Shown here: in pieces, positions 36,996 to 43,317 of the stretch
How the letters are laid out: every line of letters begins with the position of its first letter
Position numbering within the stretch: the first letter of the stretch is position 1
DNA from: Candidatus Saccharimonadales bacterium
GTDB taxonomy: Bacteria > Patescibacteriota > Saccharimonadia > Saccharimonadales > JANWIN01
Direction: 5' to 3'
NCBI GenBank assembly: GCA_025449905.1
Contig: JANWIN010000012.1
Span: 1-43,317 of the forward strand
DNA length: 43,317 nt
Position numbers and translations under genes: made by a program
The notes under the pieces: generated by a model
What the model saw: the letters and a program-made list of their open reading frames with translations, nothing else
Database searches by the model: none
What the model was told of the DNA's origin: nothing

Positions 36996-38321
36996 ATGGA
37001 TAGAGTACTTGCAATAGATGTGGCCAAGCATGTTGGCAAAACAGTTCACACGCAAGGCTGGCTGCATAAAAAACGCTTGCTTGGCGGATTGACCTTTATT
37101 GTCCTGCGCGACCGCAGCGGCCTGGTGCAGATTGTTTTACACGAAGAAAATGAAGTTAAAAAACTGCACAACCTGCAAAATGGTACGGTGTTGAGTGTCA
37201 GAGGCGAAGTGGTAAAAGAAGAACGTGCGCCAGGCGGGTCTGAAATTCATCATGCCAAAATCGAAGTTACGGTGCCAGTTACCGAAACGCCGCCGATTGA
37301 AATTGATAAACCCATCAGCCATGATTCTGAAAATCTCGACACGCTTTTTGATAACCGGCCGCTAACCCTGCGCAACTTGCGCGAGCAGGCTATTTTTAAA
37401 GTTCAGGCTAAAGTCATGGAAGCTTTTCGAGCTTACCTCAAGCAAAATGAATTCACCGAAATGAACTCGCCCAAGCTACTGGCTGAGCCAACCGAGGGCG
37501 GGGCAGAGGTTTTTAAACTCGACTATTTTGGAAAGACAGCAACACTAGCCCAAAGTGCCCAATTTTATAAGCAAATTATGGTTGGTGTTTTTGAGCGTGT
37601 TTATGAAATGAACCCGACTTACCGCGCCGAGCCCAGTGCCACCACGCGCCACATGACCGAGTACATAACCATTGATGTCGAGATGGGCTTTACCGATTTT
37701 GAGGAGCTGCTCAATTTTACCGGAGGTGCGTTACTTAACACTGTAGGCGCGGTTCAAAAAGATTGTGTTGAAGAGCTCAAGGCGTGGGACGAGAGCGGTG
37801 TTGTTTTACCCAAAGAGGCTGAAAAGATTCCACGTATTACTATTGATGAAATTCATGAGGCATTTCATAAAGCCGGCAAGGGCGACTTCACAAAAGAAGA
37901 CGACTTGGCACCAGCCGAGGAACGCTGGGTTTGCGAATGGGCTAAAGACAAGCACGGTAGTGAAGCGGTTTTTGTTACCGGCTGGTCAGCTAAAAGCAAA
38001 ACTTTTAAGTTTTATCACCAGGCTAACGAAAAAAATCCAGAAATTGCTGACCGCGCCGATCTACTTTTTCGGGGTGTAGAGATTGCCACCATCAGCATGC
38101 GCGAGCATCGTTTAGAGCAATTAGTTAAACAGCTTAAAGCTATGGGTGGCGATCCAGACCATCCCGGCTATGTGCCCTTGCTTAGTGCTTACCGTTATGG
38201 GATGCCGCCGCACGGCGGTTTTGGCTGGGGTCTGGAGCGAACTGTTGAGCGACTTTTGAACTTGAACAACGTAAAAGAAGCAACCTTATTCCCACGCGAC
38301 ATCAACCGTCTTACACCTTGA
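36996..38321 (+). CDS. aspS: Aspartate--tRNA(Asp/Asn) ligase, short archaeal-type (probably non-discriminating)
   Basis: OB fold F..LRDRSG..Q, TEGGAEVF, LAQSAQFYKQ, YRAEPS.TTRH.TEY, PPHGGFGWGLER; 441 aa with no GAD insertion. Confidence 0.9.
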   Translation: MDRVLAIDVAKHVGKTVHTQGWLHKKRLLGGLTFIVLRDRSGLVQIVLHEENEVKKLHNLQNGTVLSVRGEVVKEERAPGGSEIHHAKIEVTVPVTETPPIEIDKPISHDSENLDTLFDNRPLTLRNLREQAIFKVQAKVMEAFRAYLKQNEFTEMNSPKLLAEPTEGGAEVFKLDYFGKTATLAQSAQFYKQIMVGVFERVYEMNPTYRAEPSATTRHMTEYITIDVEMGFTDFEELLNFTGGALLNTVGAVQKDCVEELKAWDESGVVLPKEAEKIPRITIDEIHEAFHKAGKGDFTKEDDLAPAEERWVCEWAKDKHGSEAVFVTGWSAKSKTFKFYHQANEKNPEIADRADLLFRGVEIATISMREHRLEQLVKQLKAMGGDPDHPGYVPLLSAYRYGMPPHGGFGWGLERTVERLLNLNNVKEATLFPRDINRLTP

Positions 38322-38331
38322 GGGTTTTGAT

Positions 38332-38634
38332 TTAAGCTGCAGTTGGAGAAACTTCTACACCAAAGCCAGTAATTGCTGCTTCTGCAAGTGCTTCGTCAAT
38401 GTGAGCAAAGACAATATCCGACCTTCGATATTCAGCCGAAACTATCATAGGCTTTGGTCTCAGCCGTCCAGCTTCCATGTTATCTAAAAGGTCTTCAATT
38501 TCTTTAATTATTTCTTGTTTATCGCCATCAGCTTCAGGATTCTGTCGCGTGCCGTTGGCCGATCTACGAACCCTCCGCATACCAGCATCAAGTACACTGT
38601 CAAGGGCAGCATCTCTTTTCTCAAAATCCTCCAT
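38332..38634 (-). CDS. Small orphan protein (100 aa)
   Basis: SD AGGAG upstream of the ATG; third of three co-oriented ORFs filling the aspS-pyrB gap. Confidence 0.7.
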   Translation of the reverse strand: MEDFEKRDAALDSVLDAGMRRVRRSANGTRQNPEADGDKQEIIKEIEDLLDNMEAGRLRPKPMIVSAEYRRSDIVFAHIDEALAEAAITGFGVEVSPTAA

Positions 38635-38662
38635 TTTTGTCTCTCCTATTTTCTATTTAATA

Positions 38663-38899
38663 TTATACTCCGTTGTCAATAGCAATTGATGCTAGCTGTT
38701 GTCGAAGGGCAGGGCGGTCATCAACTTTGTGCCAATGAACGCGTTCCCCGCCTACCATATCGATATAGACAAAATTTCTAACTACGTCAGCAAAACCAGC
38801 TCGTCTTGGAGCCTCAAAACTTTCTGCTAAACCACCTTTTATTAATTTTAGTTGTGGTACTTGCTGAACCAGCTTGTCATTACGTCTAAAGAAATCCAT
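38663..38899 (-). CDS. Small orphan protein (78 aa)
   Basis: SD-like AAGGT 8 nt before the ATG; 17 nt after the previous stop; contains PQLKLIKGG. Confidence 0.6.
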   Translation of the reverse strand: MDFFRRNDKLVQQVPQLKLIKGGLAESFEAPRRAGFADVVRNFVYIDMVGGERVHWHKVDDRPALRQQLASIAIDNGV

Positions 38900-38916
38900 T
38901 GATTTTAACCTTTTGC

Positions 38917-39141
38917 TTAACCTGATTTTGGTTCACCAGTTTGGCCATCAAAGCCAAGCCAGGTTCGGTGAGGGCCCTCTAAAGCCCAGCTGTCTGTCGG
39001 TCGGCGAGGTACTTGATTACTCGCTGGGTAACTATCATTAGCTTCTGATTGACTAGCTAAGTGAACAGCAGCACCACCAACCTCTTGAACCCGCTGAGGT
39101 TCGGCTTCACCCTGTGGTTGTAAATTGTTTGGGTTTGTCAT
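38917..39141 (-). CDS. Small orphan protein (74 aa, probably disordered)
   Basis: AAAGGAG-N6-ATG directly downstream of the attenuator terminator; P/Q/E/G-rich. Confidence 0.7.
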   Translation of the reverse strand: MTNPNNLQPQGEAEPQRVQEVGGAAVHLASQSEANDSYPASNQVPRRPTDSWALEGPHRTWLGFDGQTGEPKSG

Positions 39142-39163
39142 TTTTTCTCCTTTCTAGAGAATT

Positions 39164-39192
39164 AAAAAACCTCCCGCTTCTGTTGGGAGGTT
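39164..39192 (-). terminator. Attenuator terminator (3:4 helix)
   Basis: AACCUCCC-(9 nt)-GGGAGGUU-UUUU on the minus strand. Confidence 0.88.
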
Positions 39193-39218
39193 CCTTTGCT
39201 TTTTATTGAATGGTCGAT

Positions 39219-39296
39219 TTAAGACAACGCTAAAGAACCTCCTCGTGCTGGCACGATGATTGTAAGCATCTTTACGCTGTAAATAAATGAAACCAT
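39219..39296 (-). CDS. Attenuator leader peptide MVSFIYSVKMLTIIVPARGGSLALS (25 aa)
   Basis: Translated by hand; ATG 7 nt after the -10; 7 of the first 15 codons are Ile/Val/Leu; its coding region carries helix segments 1 and 2. Confidence 0.78.
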   Translation of the reverse strand: MVSFIYSVKMLTIIVPARGGSLALS

Positions 39297-39303
39297 AAAA
39301 TAT

Positions 39304-39331
39304 ACATTACTCTGTTTACTATACTTGTCAA
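39304..39331 (-). promoter_or_regulatory. sigma70 promoter of the attenuated operon
   Basis: Minus strand TTGACA-N16-TAATGT. Confidence 0.65.
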
Positions 39332-39388
39332 GTTTATAAGCTTAAGCATTTTTTACCGTGGGCTTTAAATCGTACAATCTTGTGTAGT

Positions 39389-40384
39389 ATGCACACCCTT
39401 TCGGTCGACCAGTTTACTCCTGACAGCCTAGGAGAATTATTTGAGGACGCAGATCGTATGAGGTCCAGAGTTGAGGGGCGTAGTTGGCTAAGGCGACGAT
39501 TGGCGCGTAGGCACCTGGGAATTGGTTTAACGACATTATTTTATGAACCATCTTCTAGAACTAGCACCAGCTTCCTTGAAGGAGCGGGCAAGATGGGCAT
39601 GTATCTCATTCAAATAAATGAAGCTGGAACTTATTCTTCAGCAGCCAAGGGTGAAACCCTGGAAGATACCATCAAAACCCACAATGAATACAAAAAACCA
39701 ACAGGCATTATAGTTTTAAGACATCCTGAAACTGGAGCAGCCGCTAGAGCGGCAATAGTGAGCGAAAAACCTATTATTAATGGAGGCGATGGAGCGGGCG
39801 AGCATCCAACCCAGGCACTTTTAGACGCCTACACTATCCAACGCGCTAAGGGTCGGCTTGATAATTTACGCGTCGTTATTGGTGGCGATTTACTAAGAGG
39901 GCGCACAGCTCGATCACTAGCTAAGTTACTAAGTCTTTATAGAAACAATAGCCTGTTGTTTGTTTCTAAGCCGGGACTGGCAATGGCGGATGATATAAAA
40001 CTGCACTTGCTTAATTCGGGCACTGAATTTGAGGAAGCTTTTGAAATGAATGGCGTATTCAAAGAGGCAGATATTGCCTATTGGACACGCGAACAACTTG
40101 AACGGCCATTAGACAAAAAATCTGAAATGGATGTTGCTGTAGAAGAAGTACTTGAGAGTGCAATTCCAAGAGTAGATAAAGACGTGCCAGCTCTTGGTTT
40201 TGTTATTGATGAGGCTATAGCAGATTCTATGCCACCACAGACAAGAATAATGCACCCATTACCAAGGGTAGGTGAAATAAGCCCAGCTGTAGATAAAGAT
40301 CCAAGAGCAATTTACTTTCCTCAAGTTGGGAATGGTATGTACGCTCGGATGGCACTGATTGATAAATTACTAAGCAATAGCTAA
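39389..40384 (+). CDS. pyrB: Aspartate carbamoyltransferase catalytic subunit
   Basis: FYEPSSRT, SAAKGETLEDT, VLRH, NGGDG..EHPTQALLD, GRTARS, TREQ.ER, MHPLPR; start taken as ATG 39389. Confidence 0.93.
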   Translation: MHTLSVDQFTPDSLGELFEDADRMRSRVEGRSWLRRRLARRHLGIGLTTLFYEPSSRTSTSFLEGAGKMGMYLIQINEAGTYSSAAKGETLEDTIKTHNEYKKPTGIIVLRHPETGAAARAAIVSEKPIINGGDGAGEHPTQALLDAYTIQRAKGRLDNLRVVIGGDLLRGRTARSLAKLLSLYRNNSLLFVSKPGLAMADDIKLHLLNSGTEFEEAFEMNGVFKEADIAYWTREQLERPLDKKSEMDVAVEEVLESAIPRVDKDVPALGFVIDEAIADSMPPQTRIMHPLPRVGEISPAVDKDPRAIYFPQVGNGMYARMALIDKLLSNS

Positions 40385-40608
40385 TTAAATTTTTGAGGCT
40401 CAGAAAAGACTGTTTCTACCACCGCTTGACGCCCAAGCCACTCTAGATCTTCACGGATATGATGTACCTTGTTGGGGTCAATTTCGTCTCTAACTCCTGT
40501 ATAGGCAACAGTATCTATATGGTGGGATGAATGATTCCTACTTTGGCCACTATCAGGTTTTATTGGAAAATCCATAGAATCCTCAAACTCAAATCTTTGG
40601 TGTATCAT
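40381..40608 (-). CDS. Small orphan protein (75 aa)
   Basis: Own promoter and SD (GAAAGGA); stop overlaps the pyrB stop. Confidence 0.65.
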   Translation of the reverse strand: MIHQRFEFEDSMDFPIKPDSGQSRNHSSHHIDTVAYTGVRDEIDPNKVHHIREDLEWLGRQAVVETVFSEPQKFN

Positions 40609-40642
40609 TTTTATTTCCTTTCCGTTGCTACCCTTTAATTTG

Positions 40643-40671
40643 ACTGTACGCTTGCACTCTTAACCCGTCAA
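40643..40671 (-). promoter_or_regulatory. sigma70 promoter for the 75-aa ORF
   Basis: Minus strand TTGACG-N17-TACAGT. Confidence 0.65.
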
Positions 40672-40734
40672 GGGTTTAAAGGTTGCAATTTTTAGGTTTA
40701 TGCTTATACTTATCGGCATAAGGAGCCCTAAATA

Positions 40735-42495
40735 ATGGCCAAGGGTGAGGCTAAAAAAGAAAAAAAGTCTAAAGATCTGGAAGTTGTAGATTTAGAGTCT
40801 GAAAAAAACGAAGTAGTAGAAGACACATCGTCTGATTCGGCACAAGAATCATCAGATTCAAAACCGGAAGGCAAATTCCAGAAGTTTACAGCTTGGTACA
40901 AAGCTAATAAGAAAAAAAGCATTCCGCTGACTATTCTGGCGGTACTGGCACTGCTTTTAATTATTCCGACCACCCGCTACAAGGTCCTTGGTATTTTTAT
41001 CAAACGTGATTTCTCGATTTTAGTTTTGGACGATAAAACTCATGAACCAATAACTGATGCTAGAGCTGAAATTGACGGCGTTAGCGGTACTACCAACAAT
41101 GAAGGTAAGATTAAGCTGCACGTTAAGGTTGGTAAATTCACGCTATCAATCACAAAAAATTATTACGAAACCTACAACCAGCCCGTAACTGTAGCTGTTG
41201 GCGAGCAACAAGACGACTTTCTTGCCACTGTGAAAGCCACCGGTCGCCAAGTCCCAGTTGCGGTTAATAATAAAATCACAGGGGCAGCTGTAGAAAACGC
41301 GGCGATTAAAGTACTGGATACTCAAGCCACCACCGACGACAAAGGGCTGGCAACAATTGTTTTGCCCTTAGACAAAGACACACAGCAAGCAGTCGTGTCA
41401 GCTGATGGCTACAATGAAACTAAGACTACTGTTAAAGTGACAGAAAACAAGGACGATCAAAATAATTTGAACATAACTCCAGAAGGAAAACTATATTTCT
41501 TGTCTAAGCGAACCGGCAAAATCAACTTGATGAAGGCTAATCTAGATGGCACGGACGGAAAGGTAGTGGTAGCTGGCACCGGTAATGAAGATGAAACTGA
41601 TACTGTGCTACTAACTAATCGTGACTGGAAATATTTGGCACTTAAATCAAAGCGTAGCGGCGATAATGCCTCTTTATACGCAATCAACACCAGTAATGAC
41701 CAATTAAGAGAAATGGATAGTGGTGATGCCAGCTTTACGCCGATTGGCTGGTTCGGAAACTATTTCTTGTACAAGGTAGATAGAAATAATGTCGAATACT
41801 GGCAAAGCAAGCATTCCAGCCTAAAAAGCTACAATGCTGAGACTGGCCAACTTGTAACTCTTGATAACACAAGCGGAAAACATTCAGAGAGGTACGAGGA
41901 TTATGGAGATACTCATTTGCTTAATAACTTACTGATATTTACTAAATCCTGGTGCTGCGAAGATAATTCTCAGGATAAAAATACAATTAATGCTATTAAG
42001 CCTGACGGCAGTGGCAGACAAACAATAAAGAGTTTTAGCAATTCTGATTTCGGCTATATTAATTCAATAATATATAAACCCGAAGAAGTAATCTTCTCAG
42101 TATATAACTACAACGGGGAAGACCATTTTTACGAGTATGACAATGGGGCCTTCAATAGAAACCAGGACCTGAGTAGAAAATTCGACCGTAATTATCCGAC
42201 GTATCTTTTCTCGCCCAATGGGGAGGCAAGCTTCTGGAGTGAATCTCGGGACGGCAAGAAAACCTTACTAATTGGGGACTCTACAGGTAGTAGCGAAAAA
42301 GAAGTCGCCAGCTTAACTGAATACAATGCCTATGGCTGGTTTGGCGAAGATTACTTGCTAGCTTCAAAAGACGACAGTGAACTTTATATTCTTGGAGTTA
42401 AGGGACTAAAGGGTGAGCAAAAAGCTCTAAAGGTTACGGACTACCATAAGCCAGATTACGATTCTTACGGCTATGGCTACGGCTACGGCGGCTAG
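40735..42495 (+). CDS. Single-TM surface protein: two carboxypeptidase-regulatory/PEGA-like Ig domains and a probable beta-propeller
   Basis: SD AGGAG; charged N-tail, TM helix, two D..T..P/A...A......TT...G repeats, beta-rich TolB-like region (KANLDGT, FSPNG), YGYGYGG C-terminus. Confidence 0.75.
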   Translation: MAKGEAKKEKKSKDLEVVDLESEKNEVVEDTSSDSAQESSDSKPEGKFQKFTAWYKANKKKSIPLTILAVLALLLIIPTTRYKVLGIFIKRDFSILVLDDKTHEPITDARAEIDGVSGTTNNEGKIKLHVKVGKFTLSITKNYYETYNQPVTVAVGEQQDDFLATVKATGRQVPVAVNNKITGAAVENAAIKVLDTQATTDDKGLATIVLPLDKDTQQAVVSADGYNETKTTVKVTENKDDQNNLNITPEGKLYFLSKRTGKINLMKANLDGTDGKVVVAGTGNEDETDTVLLTNRDWKYLALKSKRSGDNASLYAINTSNDQLREMDSGDASFTPIGWFGNYFLYKVDRNNVEYWQSKHSSLKSYNAETGQLVTLDNTSGKHSERYEDYGDTHLLNNLLIFTKSWCCEDNSQDKNTINAIKPDGSGRQTIKSFSNSDFGYINSIIYKPEEVIFSVYNYNGEDHFYEYDNGAFNRNQDLSRKFDRNYPTYLFSPNGEASFWSESRDGKKTLLIGDSTGSSEKEVASLTEYNAYGWFGEDYLLASKDDSELYILGVKGLKGEQKALKVTDYHKPDYDSYGYGYGYGG

Positions 42496-42540
42496 AAATT
42501 TGATTGATAAAATCTAATTAATTTGTTAGGCTCGGGATTA

Positions 42541-43317
42541 ATGTCTACTGAGGTTGCTTTTGAAGTTAAAAATGTCGCCAAATACTACGACAAGGTTAAA
42601 GCTCTTGACGGTGTTAGCTTACAGGCCCAAAAAGGCAAGATTCTTGGCCTGCTGGGCCCTAACGGTGCAGGCAAGACCACTCTAGTCAAGGTTTTAAGCA
42701 CACTACTATTACCCACAAAAGGCACCGCTATGGTTATGGGTCATGACGTTGCTACAGAACCGGATAAAGTGCGACAGCAAATTGGTTTAACTGGACAATA
42801 TGCAGCCGTTGATGAGTATTTAACCGGACTGGAAAACTTACAGATGATGGGCCGGCTCTACAGGATGAGCGTTAAAGACGCCCGCCAGCGAGCAGACGAG
42901 CTAATTAAGCAATTTGATTTAGAAGAAGCAGCTAAGCGCCCAGTCAAAACCTATTCGGGCGGTATGAAGCGACGTATTGATTTGGCTATGAGTCTTATTG
43001 CCACACCGCCGGTTATCTTTTTGGATGAACCAACCACCGGCCTCGATCCGCGCAGCCGTTTAACAATGTGGGACACGGTCAAAAAGTTGGCGGGTGGTGG
43101 AACGACAATTTTGTTAACAACTCAATACATGGATGAAGCCGATAATTTAGCTGACAATATTGTTGTTATTGACCGCGGTAAGACTATTGCTGAAGGCACA
43201 CCCGATAGCCTGAAAGCTAAGGTTGGCTCTGACCGTCTGGAAATTGTGATTGGCAAGAAAAGCACTGTAGAAGAAGCCAAAAAAATTATTGGCGGGCGGG
43301 ATGTTCAAGTTGATAAA
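42541..43317 (+). CDS. ABC transporter ATP-binding protein, DrrA/NodI-like, 3'-truncated by the window edge
   Basis: Not in the ORF track. Translated by hand: MSTEVAFEVKNV..., GLLGPNGAGKTT, TGQYAAVDE, YSGGMKRR, FLDEPTTGLDP, LTTQYMDEA. Confidence 0.95.
   Translation, partial: MSTEVAFEVKNVAKYYDKVKALDGVSLQAQKGKILGLLGPNGAGKTTLVKVLSTLLLPTKGTAMVMGHDVATEPDKVRQQIGLTGQYAAVDEYLTGLENLQMMGRLYRMSVKDARQRADELIKQFDLEEAAKRPVKTYSGGMKRRIDLAMSLIATPPVIFLDEPTTGLDPRSRLTMWDTVKKLAGGGTTILLTTQYMDEADNLADNIVVIDRGKTIAEGTPDSLKAKVGSDRLEIVIGKKSTVEEAKKIIGGRDVQVDK

Noticed and set aside
39142-39480. PyrR- or UTP-sensing attenuator for pyrB
   Set aside because: Promoter, leader ORF, G-U pairs and U-tract all orient the attenuator away from pyrB; AGGUCCAGAGUUG at about 39461 is inside the CDS and does not fit ARUCCNGNGAGGYU.
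1234-41690. Numerous 60-125-aa antisense or alternative-frame ORFs nested in long genes (e.g. 1234..1572, 8341..8613, 32344..32715, 37765..38079, 40728..40973)
   Set aside because: Fully or largely overlap well-supported CDSs, lack initiation signals and motifs; expected shadow ORFs.

Overview
A gene-dense, roughly 40-42% GC (estimated by eye) bacterial window that looks like a Patescibacteria/CPR genome, most likely Saccharimonadia. This is an inference from the archaeal-type non-discriminating AspRS, the truncated LexA, pervasive leaderless genes and overlapping convergent 3' ends. Bases 1-28.4 kb are a cell-envelope glycosylation region: FkbM methyltransferase, five GT4-type and one GT2 glycosyltransferases, a GT-C enzyme, Wzx, a Wzy/O-antigen-ligase-family protein, an initiating phosphoglycosyltransferase, GtrA, ugd, rmlBCDA, a PMM-like HAD enzyme and uppP, interleaved with secreted or surface proteins. 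The rest is housekeeping (nadD, Kef-type antiporter, DsbA, CNNM/CBS protein, recG, aspS, a lone pyrB, a DrrA-type ABC ATPase) plus several orphan genes. The most interesting signals are non-coding. (1) A compact class-II cobalamin riboswitch with a terminator/antiterminator platform precedes a 477-aa Zn-ribbon orphan followed by nadD. (2) A complete Ile/Val/Leu-type leader-peptide attenuator, absent from the ORF track, precedes three tiny orphan ORFs rather than biosynthetic genes. (3) A perfect 44-bp palindrome lies just upstream of the recG promoter. (4) A promoter, structured leader and strong Shine-Dalgarno (SD) lead to a 16-codon ORF. I saw no rRNA, tRNA, CRISPR array, integrase, transposase or reverse transcriptase. 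All calls come from reading motifs by eye; no searches were run.
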